Shown: positions 11,744 to 23,051, counted from the first letter of the stretch. The stretch is 64,000 nt of DNA from Escherichia coli (GCF_036507355.1 NZ_AP027877.1); one strand, 5' to 3'. Notes: generated by a model not told the origin, from the sequence alone. Numbers and translations are program-made.

Positions 11744-13081
11744 ATGTCTTCGGATGCTGATGCTCACAAAGTGGGCTTAATCCCCGTCACCCTGATGGTG
11801 TCGGGGAATATTATGGGGTCAGGTGTTTTTCTGTTACCTGCAAACCTGGCCTCCACCGGCGGGATTGCCATTTATGGATGGTTGGTGACGATTATCGGTG
11901 CGCTGGGGCTCTCGATGGTATACGCCAAAATGTCGTTCCTCGACCCAAGTCCTGGTGGTTCTTACGCTTACGCCCGCCGCTGCTTTGGCCCGTTTCTCGG
12001 TTATCAAACCAACGTCCTCTACTGGCTGGCCTGCTGGATCGGCAATATCGCCATGGTGGTCATTGGCGTAGGATATTTAAGTTACTTCTTCCCGATTCTG
12101 AAAGATCCATTGGTATTAACCATCACCTGCGTCGTGGTGCTGTGGATCTTCGTCCTGCTGAACATTGTCGGTCCGAAAATGATCACCCGTGTGCAGGCCG
12201 TTGCCACCGTGCTGGCGCTGATCCCCATCGTCGGGATTGCCGTATTTGGCTGGTTCTGGTTTCGTGGTGAAACCTATATGGCGGCATGGAACGTCAGCGG
12301 CCTGGGCACCTTCGGTGCAATTCAAAGTACCCTTAACGTTACGCTGTGGTCGTTCATCGGTGTGGAAAGTGCCTCCGTTGCCGCAGGTGTGGTGAAAAAC
12401 CCGAAACGCAACGTCCCTATAGCCACCATTGGTGGGGTATTGATTGCCGCCGTTTGCTATGTGCTCTCCACCACCGCGATTATGGGGATGATCCCTAATG
12501 CCGCACTGCGCGTTTCTGCCTCGCCATTCGGTGATGCCGCACGGATGGCGTTGGGTGACACCGCCGGGGCCATCGTTTCCTTCTGCGCAGCTGCGGGTTG
12601 CTTAGGTTCACTGGGCGGCTGGACATTGCTGGCGGGTCAAACGGCGAAAGCGGCTGCCGATGACGGACTGTTCCCACCGATTTTTGCCCGTGTAAATAAA
12701 GCGGGTACGCCAGTGGCGGGGCTGATTATCGTCGGTATTTTGATGACCATCTTCCAGCTCAGCAGCATTTCACCAAACGCGACCAAAGAATTCGGTCTGG
12801 TGTCTTCCGTCTCGGTCATCTTTACACTGGTGCCATATCTTTACACCTGTGCGGCGTTACTGCTGCTCGGACACGGTCACTTTGGTAAAGCACGCCCGGC
12901 ATATCTGGCAGTTACTACCATTGCCTTCCTCTACTGCATCTGGGCCGTGGTGGGGTCCGGGGCGAAAGAGGTTATGTGGTCATTTGTCACCCTGATGGTC
13001 ATCACCGCCATGTATGCGCTGAATTACAACCGGCTGCATAAAAACCCGTATCCCTTAGATGCACCAATAAGCAAAGATTAA
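11744..13081 (+). CDS. adiC: Arginine:agmatine antiporter AdiC
   Basis: 445-aa APC-family permease; recognised AdiC sequence. Confidence 0.95.
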
Positions 13082-13105
13082 TTCCCCTTAATCCAGCAAA
13101 GATAA

Positions 13106-13143
13106 AAGCCAACCTTAAGAACTTAAGGTTGGCTTAATTTTGC
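13106..13143 (+). terminator. Rho-independent terminator after adiC
   Basis: Hairpin aagccaaccttaag-aa-cttaaggttggctt followed by T-rich tract. Confidence 0.65.
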
Positions 13144-13184
13144 TTTGCGAGCATATGCGCACTTTGTTCGATGGAAACACCGTG

Positions 13185-14828
13185 ATGTTGAAGCGCCTAC
13201 TAAAAAGACCCTCTTTGAATTTACTCGCCTGGCTATTGTTGGCCGCTTTTTATATCTCTATCTGCCTGAATATTGCCTTTTTTAAACAGGTGTTGCAGGC
13301 GCTGCCGCTGGACTCGCTGCATAACGTACTGGTTTTCTTGTCGATGCCGGTCGTCGCCTTCAGCGTGATTAATATTGTCCTGACACTAAGCTCTTTCTTA
13401 TGGCTTAATCGACCGCTGGCCTGCCTGTTTATTCTGGTTGGCGCGGCTGCACAATATTTCATAATGACTTACGGCATCGTCATCGACCGCTCGATGATTG
13501 CCAATATTATTGATACCACTCCGGCAGAAAGTTATGCGCTGATGACACCGCAAATGTTATTAACGCTGGGATTCAGCGGCGTGCTTGCTGCGCTGATTGC
13601 CTGCTGGATAAAAATCAAACCTGCCACCTCGCGTCTGCGCAGTGTTCTTTTCCGTGGAGCCAATATTCTGGTTTCTGTACTGCTGATTTTGCTGGTCGCC
13701 GCACTATTTTATAAAGACTACGCCTCGTTGTTCCGCAACAACAAAGAGCTGGTGAAGTCCTTAAGCCCCTCTAACAGCATTGTTGCCAGCTGGTCATGGT
13801 ACTCCCATCAGCGACTGGCAAATCTGCCGCTGGTGCGAATTGGTGAAGACGCGCACCGCAACCCGTTAATGCAGAACGAAAAACGTAAAAATTTGACCAT
13901 CCTGATTGTCGGCGAAACCTCGCGGGCGGAGAACTTCTCCCTCAACGGCTACCCGCGTGAAACTAACCCGCGGCTGGCGAAAGATAACGTGGTCTATTTC
14001 CCTAATACCGCATCTTGCGGCACGGCAACGGCAGTTTCAGTACCGTGCATGTTCTCGGATATGCCGCGAGAACACTACAAAGAAGAGCTGGCACAGCACC
14101 AGGAAGGCGTGCTGGATATCATTCAGCGAGCGGGCATCAACGTGCTGTGGAATGACAACGATGGTGGCTGTAAAGGTGCCTGCGACCGCGTGCCTCACCA
14201 GAACGTCACCGCGCTGAATCTGCCTGGTCAGTGCATCAACGGCGAATGCTATGACGAAGTGCTGTTCCACGGGCTGGAAGAGTACATCAATAACCTGCAG
14301 GGTGATGGCGTGATTGTCTTACACACCATCGGCAGCCACGGTCCGACCTATTACAACCGCTATCCGCCGCAGTTCAGGAAATTTACCCCAACCTGCGACA
14401 CCAATGAGATCCAGACCTGTACCAAAGAGCAACTGGTGAACACTTACGACAACACGCTGGTCTACGTCGACTATATTGTTGATAAAGCGATTAATCTGCT
14501 GAAAGAACATCAGGATAAATTTACCACCAGCCTGGTTTATCTTTCTGACCACGGTGAATCGTTAGGCGAAAATGGCATCTATCTGCACGGTCTGCCTTAT
14601 GCCATCGCCCCGGATAGCCAAAAACAGGTGCCAATGCTGCTGTGGCTGTCGGAGAATTATCAAAAACGGTATCAGGTTGACCAGAACTGCCTGCAAAAAC
14701 AGGCGCAAACACAACACTATTCACAAGACAATTTATTCTCCACGCTATTGGGATTAACTGGCGTTGAGACGAAGTATTACCAGGCTGCGGATGATATTCT
14801 GCAAACTTGCAGGAGAGTGAGTGAATGA
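13185..14828 (+). CDS. eptA: Lipid A phosphoethanolamine transferase EptA (PmrC)
   Basis: ORF 13140..14828; start placed at [14 protein letters not shown], giving 547 aa; sulfatase-like domain; stop overlaps basR start. Confidence 0.93.
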   Translation: MLKRLLKRPSLNLLAWLLLAAFYISICLNIAFFKQVLQALPLDSLHNVLVFLSMPVVAFSVINIVLTLSSFLWLNRPLACLFILVGAAAQYFIMTYGIVIDRSMIANIIDTTPAESYALMTPQMLLTLGFSGVLAALIACWIKIKPATSRLRSVLFRGANILVSVLLILLVAALFYKDYASLFRNNKELVKSLSPSNSIVASWSWYSHQRLANLPLVRIGEDAHRNPLMQNEKRKNLTILIVGETSRAENFSLNGYPRETNPRLAKDNVVYFPNTASCGTATAVSVPCMFSDMPREHYKEELAQHQEGVLDIIQRAGINVLWNDNDGGCKGACDRVPHQNVTALNLPGQCINGECYDEVLFHGLEEYINNLQGDGVIVLHTIGSHGPTYYNRYPPQFRKFTPTCDTNEIQTCTKEQLVNTYDNTLVYVDYIVDKAINLLKEHQDKFTTSLVYLSDHGESLGENGIYLHGLPYAIAPDSQKQVPMLLWLSENYQKRYQVDQNCLQKQAQTQHYSQDNLFSTLLGLTGVETKYYQAADDILQTCRRVSE

Positions 14829-15493
14829 AAATTCTGATTGTTGAAGACGATACGCTGTTATTGCAGGGACTGATTCTGGCGGCGCAAACCGAAGGCTACG
14901 CGTGCGATGGCGTGACAACCGCGCGGATGGCGGAACAAAGCCTTGAGGCAGGTCATTACAGCCTGGTGGTACTGGATTTAGGGTTACCCGACGAAGATGG
15001 ACTGCATTTTCTCGCCCGTATCCGGCAGAAAAAATATACCCTGCCGGTACTGATCCTCACCGCTCGCGATACGCTGACCGACAAAATCGCCGGGCTGGAT
15101 GTCGGTGCCGATGACTATCTGGTGAAGCCTTTTGCGCTGGAAGAGTTACACGCCCGTATCCGCGCCCTGCTACGACGCCATAATAATCAGGGCGAAAGTG
15201 AGCTGATTGTTGGCAATCTGACGCTGAACATGGGTCGCCGTCAGGTATGGATGGGCGGTGAAGAGTTGATTCTGACGCCCAAAGAATATGCTCTGCTGTC
15301 ACGGTTAATGCTCAAAGCAGGCAGTCCGGTGCATCGGGAAATTCTCTACAACGACATCTATAACTGGGACAATGAACCCTCGACCAACACCCTGGAAGTG
15401 CATATCCACAATCTGCGCGACAAAGTGGGCAAAGCCCGTATCCGCACCGTGCGCGGCTTTGGCTATATGCTGGTCGCAAATGAGGAAAACTAA
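14825..15493 (+). CDS. basR: Response regulator BasR (PmrA), OmpR family
   Basis: 222-aa ORF; receiver domain plus winged helix; 4-bp overlap with eptA. Confidence 0.95.
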   Translation: MKILIVEDDTLLLQGLILAAQTEGYACDGVTTARMAEQSLEAGHYSLVVLDLGLPDEDGLHFLARIRQKKYTLPVLILTARDTLTDKIAGLDVGADDYLVKPFALEELHARIRALLRRHNNQGESELIVGNLTLNMGRRQVWMGGEELILTPKEYALLSRLMLKAGSPVHREILYNDIYNWDNEPSTNTLEVHIHNLRDKVGKARIRTVRGFGYMLVANEEN

Positions 15494-15502
15494 TTGAATC
15501 TG

Positions 15503-16594
15503 ATGCGTTTTCTGCGCCGACCAATATCGCTGCGCCAACGGCTGATATTGACCATCGGGGCCATTTTGTTGGTGTTTGAGCTGATCAGCGTCTTCTGGCT
15601 ATGGCATGAAAGTACCGAGCAGATTCAGCTGTTTGAGCAGGCGCTACGCGACAATCGCAACAACGATCGCCACATCATGCGTGAGATCCGCGAGGCGGTC
15701 GCCAGCCTGATTGTCCCCGGCGTCTTTATGGTCAGCCTGACGCTATTTATCTGCTATCAGGCGGTACGCCGCATCACCCGCCCGCTGGCGGAGCTGCAAA
15801 AAGAGCTGGAAGCGCGCACCGCCGACAACTTAACGCCCATTGCCATTCACAGCGCCACCCTCGAAATCGAAGCGGTGGTTTCGGCGTTGAACGATCTGGT
15901 CAGTCGCCTGACCAGCACGCTGGATAACGAAAGGTTATTTACCGCTGACGTCGCGCACGAACTGCGAACGCCACTGGCGGGGGTGCGTTTGCATCTGGAA
16001 CTGCTGGCGAAAACGCATCACATTGATGTAGCACCGTTAGTGGCACGGCTTGATCAGATGATGGAGAGCGTCTCCCAGCTGCTGCAACTGGCGCGTGCCG
16101 GACAGTCATTTTCTTCCGGTAATTATCAACATGTAAAACTGCTGGAAGATGTCATTCTCCCCTCGTATGACGAACTCAGTACCATGCTCGACCAGCGCCA
16201 GCAAACCCTGCTATTGCCAGAGAGCGCCGCCGACATCACCGTTCAGGGTGATGCAACCCTGCTGCGGATGTTATTGCGAAATCTGGTAGAAAATGCCCAT
16301 CGTTACAGCCCGCAAGGCAGCAACATTATGATTAAGCTGCAAGAAGATGGCGGAGCGGTCATGGCCGTTGAAGATGAAGGACCGGGTATTGATGAGAGTA
16401 AATGCGGGGAGTTGAGTAAAGCGTTTGTACGAATGGACAGCCGTTATGGCGGGATTGGTCTGGGGTTAAGTATTGTCAGCCGCATTACACAGTTGCATCA
16501 CGGGCAGTTTTTCCTGCAAAACCGGCAAGAGACTTCTGGCACGCGCGCCTGGATACGGCTGAAGAAAGATCAGTACGTGGCAAACCAGATATAA
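15503..16594 (+). CDS. basS: Sensor histidine kinase BasS (PmrB)
   Basis: ORF begins at a TTG at 15494; ATG at 15503 (MRFLRRPISLRQ) gives 363 aa; HAMP/HisKA/HATPase architecture. Confidence 0.93.
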   Translation: MRFLRRPISLRQRLILTIGAILLVFELISVFWLWHESTEQIQLFEQALRDNRNNDRHIMREIREAVASLIVPGVFMVSLTLFICYQAVRRITRPLAELQKELEARTADNLTPIAIHSATLEIEAVVSALNDLVSRLTSTLDNERLFTADVAHELRTPLAGVRLHLELLAKTHHIDVAPLVARLDQMMESVSQLLQLARAGQSFSSGNYQHVKLLEDVILPSYDELSTMLDQRQQTLLLPESAADITVQGDATLLRMLLRNLVENAHRYSPQGSNIMIKLQEDGGAVMAVEDEGPGIDESKCGELSKAFVRMDSRYGGIGLGLSIVSRITQLHHGQFFLQNRQETSGTRAWIRLKKDQYVANQI

Positions 16595-16659
16595 AGAAAG
16601 CTGCTGACCACCAGCACGCTGAACACGGTAGTTAAACTTTCATAAACACGGTTTTTCAT
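16570..16659 (-). CDS. pmrR: Small membrane protein PmrR (29 aa), antisense to the 3' end of basS
   Basis: Reverse strand translates to MKNRVYESLTTVFSVLVVSSFLYIWFATY*; not in the ORF track because it is below the size cutoff; overlaps the last 25 bp of basS. Confidence 0.85.
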   Translation of the reverse strand: MKNRVYESLTTVFSVLVVSSFLYIWFATY

Positions 16660-16773
16660 TGCACTCTCCTCCGTTAACCTGGAGGAGAGTATGCGCGTCA
16701 GAGATTAAGTGAACCTTAAGAGTTCAATTGTTGGTCTGATAAGACAGCGTCACATCAGGCCATCCGTTTCAGC

Positions 16774-18276
16774 TTATTCATCAATTCGCGGATGTTGCTG
16801 CACCAGGCGGGTACGTTTCGCCTGCAAATCGGCAATCTCGTGGTCAATATCATCGATTTTCTGCTCGATATTATCGTAATGCTCGACGAGAATTTCCTTC
16901 GCTTCCTGTATATCTGACGCCGCCGGTGTTGCACCTTTCAACGGACGATTTGCCGTCTCTTTCATGGTTACGCCGGTGATTAAACCAACCACCGCCACTA
17001 CCATCAGGTAATAGGCTGGCATCATCAGATTCTGCGAGCTTTCGACCAGCCAGGCCGCCAGTGTTGGCGTCAGACCGGCAACCAGCACCGAAATATTAAA
17101 TGCCGCCGCCAGCGCGCTGTAACGGATATGCGTCGGGAACATCGCTGGCAAGGTAGAAGCCATAACGCCCGTAAAGCAGTTAAGGATCACCGCCAGCATC
17201 AGTAACCCGGCAAAAATCAGGCCGATGACGTTACTGTTAATCAGAATAAACGCCGGGATCGCCAACACAAACAGGGCAACACTACCAAGTAGCACAAACG
17301 GACGACGGCCAAAACGGTCACTCAGCAAGCCCATCACCGGCTGGACAAACAGCATACCGATCATAATGGCGATAATAATCAGCACCCCGTGGTCTTCGGA
17401 GTAATGCAGGTTATGCGACAAATAACTCGGCATATAGGTCAGCAACATGTAGTAAGTCACGTTGGTGGCAATTACCAGACCAATACATGTCAACAGGCTG
17501 CGCCAGTATTTAGTGGCAATCTCTTTAAACGAGACTTTCGGGCCATCCTGCAAACCTTCGCGGTCGCCCTGTTCCAGTTTTTCAACATGCTGCTGGAACG
17601 CCGGAGTTTCTTCCAGCGCATGGCGCAGGTAAAGCCCGATAATCCCTAACGGCAGAGCAATAAAGAACGGAATACGCCAGCCCCAGTCGAGGAAGTTCGC
17701 TTCGCCGACAATGGTCGAAATTAACACCACCACGCCCGCACCCAGCACAAACCCGGCAATAGAACCGAAGTCCAGCCAGCTGCCCATAAAGCCACGTTTA
17801 CGGTCAGGGGAGTATTCCGCAACAAATATCGACGCCCCGGTATATTCACCGCCGACCGAGAAACCTTGTGCCATCTTACAGATCAACAGCAGAATCGGTG
17901 CCCAAATACCAATCGTGTCGTAGGACGGTATTAAGCCAATACAGAACGTACTGATCGACATAATCACAATAGTGATAGCGAGGATCTTCTGGCGACCATA
18001 TTTATCGCCCAACATACCAAAGAAGAGCCCGCCAAGCGGTCGAATCAGAAAGGGAACGGAGAACGTGGCAAGTGCAGCAACCATCTGCACGCTGGGGTCA
18101 GCCCCCGGGAAAAAAACTTTACCTAATGCGTAAGCAACAAAACCATAAACACCAAAATCGAACCATTCCATTGCATTACCCAGTGATGCTGCGGTAATGG
18201 CTTTACGCAGTTTACCGTCATCAATAATGGTGACATCACGAAGGGTAATCGGTTTTACTTTTTTCCTTTTCAGCAT
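16774..18276 (-). CDS. proP: Proline/glycine betaine:proton symporter ProP (MFS)
   Basis: ORF 16774..18309; start placed at MLKRKKVKPITLRDV, giving 500 aa; C-terminal coiled coil. Confidence 0.93.
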   Translation of the reverse strand: MLKRKKVKPITLRDVTIIDDGKLRKAITAASLGNAMEWFDFGVYGFVAYALGKVFFPGADPSVQMVAALATFSVPFLIRPLGGLFFGMLGDKYGRQKILAITIVIMSISTFCIGLIPSYDTIGIWAPILLLICKMAQGFSVGGEYTGASIFVAEYSPDRKRGFMGSWLDFGSIAGFVLGAGVVVLISTIVGEANFLDWGWRIPFFIALPLGIIGLYLRHALEETPAFQQHVEKLEQGDREGLQDGPKVSFKEIATKYWRSLLTCIGLVIATNVTYYMLLTYMPSYLSHNLHYSEDHGVLIIIAIMIGMLFVQPVMGLLSDRFGRRPFVLLGSVALFVLAIPAFILINSNVIGLIFAGLLMLAVILNCFTGVMASTLPAMFPTHIRYSALAAAFNISVLVAGLTPTLAAWLVESSQNLMMPAYYLMVVAVVGLITGVTMKETANRPLKGATPAASDIQEAKEILVEHYDNIEQKIDDIDHEIADLQAKRTRLVQQHPRIDE

Positions 18277-18539
18277 AGCTTTCCTCGCAGAGTTGGCCCA
18301 TTTCCGCAAACGCCAGAAAAATCAGCGCGACGGCCGCAAAAGGGGAGCGGGAATTGCAGGATGCAATCTCTGTAACAAGCGTAGCGGGTTTGCTTACACC
18401 CTCCGGTTAAGGAATGTACAATCAAACCAGTTGACGCCTGAATTGGGCAGTTAATGACCTTTTTACCCTACCAGCGTTTAAATTTGTGATCAACTTCACA
18501 CATGAATTTCGTTTAGGACTCATTGATGTAACTGATTAT

Positions 18540-19418
18540 TTACACTAAATTTACAGAGAAGATTTCCTCGAGCATTGCCCCCGCCAGACGCTGCGCTGAA
18601 CAGAGTCGTGGCATCCCCAGCGCGACAGTTTGCCAGCGTTGGGTCACTGACCAGCAAACGGGTTGTTTATCTGCCGTGGTCCACTTTCCCAGCCAACTTA
18701 AAAAATCAGCATGATCCCCGCCCGTCGGAACGGTCGAAGAGGCAAACCACTGATGGTAATAGTGACGCGTGGTCGGGGCCGCATTGATACTCTCTGCCAG
18801 ATGTTGTGTCGCTTTCACGCGCAAATCACCCAGCAACAACGCCACCGCTTGCGGGCTTCCCAGACGGCAGGCATCGCCAAATGCCCCCCAACGCAACTCT
18901 TCGAGAACGATAAAACAGCGCCCAGGCAACGACCAGGCGTTATACGCCCCAGCACGCCAGCGGGTAAAAATTTGCTCGCTCTGTTCACCTGCCTGCACCA
19001 GTAGGCCCCGTTGCGTTAACGCCTTTTCCTTCCAGCGACAACGGGCTGAAAACCACTCATACAAGGCGGCAATTTGCTGGGGGAGCTCCGGGAAAGCAGA
19101 GTGCTGGCGGTGATCCATTTTTTGCAGCAGCGCCAGATGTTGCGCGATCTGCGTCAGTGCCAGATGACCGGGATCCAGCATCGACGCCAGTTTTTCCACC
19201 AATGTCAAACGCAGGCTAAGCGGCGCATTTAACATTCCGCCGTTCGCCCATGTCTGAAGCTGCACGCGCGCAAGAAGTTCCTGCATCAGTCGTTCACGAA
19301 ACTGCTGCTGATGGGCTTGTGGAAGGCGGGCATCATCGCCCTGCGCCAGATCCACTAAAAAGCGCGGATGAACCGACTCCAGCACGCGACCGGGGCCGTC
19401 CAGTAACGTCTTGGTCAA
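18540..19418 (-). CDS. yjcZ: Uncharacterised protein YjcZ, partner of CrfC
   Basis: 292-aa ORF; 4-bp overlap with upstream crfC (operon). Confidence 0.85.
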   Translation of the reverse strand: MTKTLLDGPGRVLESVHPRFLVDLAQGDDARLPQAHQQQFRERLMQELLARVQLQTWANGGMLNAPLSLRLTLVEKLASMLDPGHLALTQIAQHLALLQKMDHRQHSAFPELPQQIAALYEWFSARCRWKEKALTQRGLLVQAGEQSEQIFTRWRAGAYNAWSLPGRCFIVLEELRWGAFGDACRLGSPQAVALLLGDLRVKATQHLAESINAAPTTRHYYHQWFASSTVPTGGDHADFLSWLGKWTTADKQPVCWSVTQRWQTVALGMPRLCSAQRLAGAMLEEIFSVNLV

Positions 19419-21643
19419 TATCGTTCTGCCGTGAAAAGTGTTTGAATATCATCGCGTAACAGCTGGGCGTCGGTGTAAATCCAGCCGTGAGTCATCACAG
19501 TCTGCTGCAATTGCTGCTGCATCAGCCTGACCACCGATTCATTTTGTTGACGCAGAGCCAGACTTTCGCGTAAACGCGTCTGTAATTCCGTCAAACATGA
19601 AGCGAACTCAGCGAAAAAAGTATTCATGCCTGCCGTAACAGATTCATCGACCTGCTCTGCCAGAACTTTAGCCATTTGTTGGCAATAGAGATCGACTTCT
19701 GCGCTTAATGCTCGTTGCAACACACTGTAATCAACCGTTTCTGTCGGGGATTTCTCATTTCCCCGTCCCCAGTCGGGCTGATTCAACCAGCGCGAAAAAG
19801 TCTCACGCACAACGCCTAAACGCGTGCTCTGCTCGTCCGTTGCTTCCTGGCGCGAAATGACTTCACTGAACAGCTGGCGAGTGTTGAAGTGGGGAACTGC
19901 GCCGTGAAAAACAGGAAAATGAAACCCAGGACGAAACCCTGACTCGCTCAATTCCATTTTGATTTGTTGCTCAATGGGGCGAATAACATCGGTTAACACC
20001 CGGCAAAGGGTGGATTCCAGCTCGGCAAAACGCAGCGTAAAGTCGCGACTGATGGTGTTCTGCGCCGTCTGTAACAGTGTCTCACAGCGGGTACGAATCT
20101 CGCTTAACGGCTCCGAATCATCCTGAAACAACGCGGCTAACTGCGCATTCAGCGCATCTTGCTGTTGACGCAGAAAGAGGTTGGCGGAGGTCAGGGCCAG
20201 CTCGATTTCATGTTTAATCTCGCCGCTCACCTGCGCCTGATTGAGTTGCAATAGCTGCAAACTTTCTTCGACCTGATGGATATTTTGCCGCAATTGTTCA
20301 CAAGCGACGTTTAACCCGTGCGCACGAAAATCCAGGTATTCCCGCGCCTGCTGCGCGTAATTCAACAGTTTATGCGCGGCAGATCGCAGAGCATACAACG
20401 AGGCGTTAGCATAAGCGGCATGAAGCAACGCCTGAATTGGCTGGGCGAACAGCGAATCTTCCCACAACTGATCGGCAGCATGACGAATATGTTCGAGGTC
20501 CGCCAGATCGGCATGACGCCAGCGCCTGCCGAGCGCGGCATGGGCAAAATCTTCCACCCAGCGTTGTTGCTCTGGCGCTGGTAACTTACCGTTGTTGGCT
20601 AACTCATGGCGCGCCCGATTCGCCAGGTAGCCCCACATCGACGACACCGGAAATATCTGCTGTGGCGTAATACAGCCTTTCATCAGCGTTCCGGAAATCA
20701 GTGCCCGCACCTGGTCGGCGTCGTCACTGTTACGATCCTGTTGATCGAACTTATTGACCAGCACATACAGCGGCACCGATTGCCCCACCGCCAAAATCGC
20801 CTCACGGACCTCTTCATCGGAGATCGATTTCAGTTGCGTATAATCCAGCACCGCCAGTACCGCCGAGGCGCGTGCCAGCTGCTGGTTAAGCATTTTTTGC
20901 AGATGCGGTTGCCCGGCTTCATTTGGCCCGGGGGTATCCAGTAACGTCAACTGACCGGGATAACTCTCCAGCCCCGCCAGATGGACAAACTCCACTTCAA
21001 TCACGGGAATATGCTCAATGGCGGCGTAAGCAGAAAAAGGAAAATCGACGTCCAGCGCCTTCGCCAGTCGCACCAAATCATTCAAACTTTTCAGACAATG
21101 AAAAATAGGCTGGGCACCCAGATAATATTTTTCGAAAGCGACGCCATTTTCGATCCGCTGCATAAGCGCACGCATATCTTTATCTATTTCCAGCACATCG
21201 GTCAGATGCTTAATATCGCAATCACGCAGGCGCTGTTGTAATTTTTGAATTAAACAATCGATTGGCGCGACATGTGAAAAATGCAGTACCGGTTCCTTTT
21301 GCCCGGGCGTATGGCGAATAAGCGTCGGCAGGGCAGTCATTGGGCGATTGCGATTAGGCAGAACCTCCGTACCAACAATGGCATTAATGGTGGTTGATTT
21401 CCCTGCTTTCATAGTACCGACAATCGCCAGCACCATTTCCAGTTGGGAAATTTTACGCAACTCATTATTCAGCATCGCGTGACGCTCGGCGATATTAGGC
21501 TGACTCCAGGGTAAAGCCAGTTGTGGCGCATCGTCTCCGGGTACAGAGAGAGGCATTTTTTCCAGTAACTGCAACTGTTGGCGAGAAAGCTGTAACAGGC
21601 GTTCAGCCTCCTGACTTAACTCATACAGGGTCTGTGTGTACAT
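19415..21643 (-). CDS. crfC: Dynamin-like GTPase CrfC (YjdA)
   Basis: 742-aa ORF; P-loop GTMKAGKST near N-terminus; long coiled-coil-rich C-terminal part. Confidence 0.9.
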   Translation of the reverse strand: MYTQTLYELSQEAERLLQLSRQQLQLLEKMPLSVPGDDAPQLALPWSQPNIAERHAMLNNELRKISQLEMVLAIVGTMKAGKSTTINAIVGTEVLPNRNRPMTALPTLIRHTPGQKEPVLHFSHVAPIDCLIQKLQQRLRDCDIKHLTDVLEIDKDMRALMQRIENGVAFEKYYLGAQPIFHCLKSLNDLVRLAKALDVDFPFSAYAAIEHIPVIEVEFVHLAGLESYPGQLTLLDTPGPNEAGQPHLQKMLNQQLARASAVLAVLDYTQLKSISDEEVREAILAVGQSVPLYVLVNKFDQQDRNSDDADQVRALISGTLMKGCITPQQIFPVSSMWGYLANRARHELANNGKLPAPEQQRWVEDFAHAALGRRWRHADLADLEHIRHAADQLWEDSLFAQPIQALLHAAYANASLYALRSAAHKLLNYAQQAREYLDFRAHGLNVACEQLRQNIHQVEESLQLLQLNQAQVSGEIKHEIELALTSANLFLRQQQDALNAQLAALFQDDSEPLSEIRTRCETLLQTAQNTISRDFTLRFAELESTLCRVLTDVIRPIEQQIKMELSESGFRPGFHFPVFHGAVPHFNTRQLFSEVISRQEATDEQSTRLGVVRETFSRWLNQPDWGRGNEKSPTETVDYSVLQRALSAEVDLYCQQMAKVLAEQVDESVTAGMNTFFAEFASCLTELQTRLRESLALRQQNESVVRLMQQQLQQTVMTHGWIYTDAQLLRDDIQTLFTAERY

Positions 21644-22044
21644 AGAAAATTCTTCCTTAAAGCAAATTTTATTACTTTTATTTAGCCAGATTGTTTTTGA
21701 GTTCTGTTTTCGGCTTTTATAATTACTGCAAGAAATAATTTTATATTTAGAGTGTTGTTTTTTATTAGAATAAATAACATCTTCCGATACGTTTAAAACG
21801 TCAGAAAGATAAAAATATCATGTGAATTAAAAAAAGAACAAGTAGAGCATTAACCTTATCTTAAATAATAAATGGAGGCAAAAAGATTATTTTCTTTTTG
21901 CGTTTCCTTTCAAATGAAAACGATCGTCGTCTAAAATCAGCAGTACCCCCGACAAACTCAGGGATTTTGTGTATAATTGCGGCCTTTTTCGGCAATCTGC
22001 CGTTTTTTGGCGCTTTTGCCCTGCTGACTTTTGAGGAAATCCAC

Positions 22045-22380
22045 ATGTCATTACCACACTGCCCAAAATGCAACTCCGAATACACCTACGAAGATAACGG
22101 CATGTACATCTGCCCGGAATGTGCCTACGAATGGAACGACGCAGAACCTGCACAGGAAAGCGATGAGCTGATCGTTAAAGATGCTAACGGCAATCTGCTG
22201 GCTGACGGCGACAGCGTTACCATCATTAAAGATCTGAAGGTGAAAGGTAGCTCTTCGATGCTGAAAATTGGCACCAAAGTGAAAAACATCCGCCTGGTTG
22301 AAGGCGACCATAACATCGATTGCAAAATCGACGGTTTTGGTCCGATGAAACTGAAATCTGAGTTTGTGAAAAAGAACTGA
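22045..22380 (+). CDS. phnA: PhnA (YjdM), zinc-ribbon protein
   Basis: ORF 21898..22380 is over-extended; ATG at 22045 gives 111 aa ([30 protein letters not shown], CxxC...CxxC). Confidence 0.9.
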
Positions 22381-22392
22381 TTGTATTGTGAT

Positions 22393-22551
<159 letters not shown>

Positions 22552-22607
22552 ACCTGTACAAATTTCGAACTACACTTAACAGGCTTCTCTTCACTGAGGT
22601 CACCATC

Positions 22608-23051
22608 ATGCCGTTAAGTCCCTACATCTCTTTTGCCGGTAACTGTGCCGACGCGATTGCTTATTATCAACGCACATTGGGCGCGGAACTGCTCTATAAA
22701 ATCAGCTTCGGCGAAATGCCAAAATCAGCGCAGGACAGCGCCGAGAACTGCCCTTCCGGAATGCAATTTCCCGATACTGCCATCGCTCATGCCAACGTGC
22801 GTATTGCCGGAAGCGACATCATGATGAGCGATGCTATACCGTCAGGAAAAGCCAGCTACTCCGGTTTTACGCTGGTGCTCGATTCGCAACAGGTCGAAGA
22901 AGGAAAACGCTGGTTTGATAACCTTGCAGCTAACGGAAAAATCGAAATGGCCTGGCAGGAAACTTTCTGGGCGCATGGCTTCGGCAAAGTCACCGATAAA
23001 TTTGGCGTACCGTGGATGATTAATGTTGTCAAACAACAACCAACGCAATAA
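22608..23051 (+). CDS. phnB: PhnB (YjdN), glyoxalase/bleomycin-resistance fold protein
   Basis: ORF 22440..23051 runs through the REP cluster; ATG at 22608 (MPLSPYISFAGNCADAIAYYQ) gives 147 aa. Confidence 0.88.
   Translation: MPLSPYISFAGNCADAIAYYQRTLGAELLYKISFGEMPKSAQDSAENCPSGMQFPDTAIAHANVRIAGSDIMMSDAIPSGKASYSGFTLVLDSQQVEEGKRWFDNLAANGKIEMAWQETFWAHGFGKVTDKFGVPWMINVVKQQPTQ

Noticed and set aside
21898-22044. N-terminal extension of the phnA ORF and overlapping minus-strand ORFs at 21861..22153
   Set aside because: The extension runs through AT-rich promoter-like DNA; the conserved PhnA zinc-ribbon protein starts at the ATG at 22045
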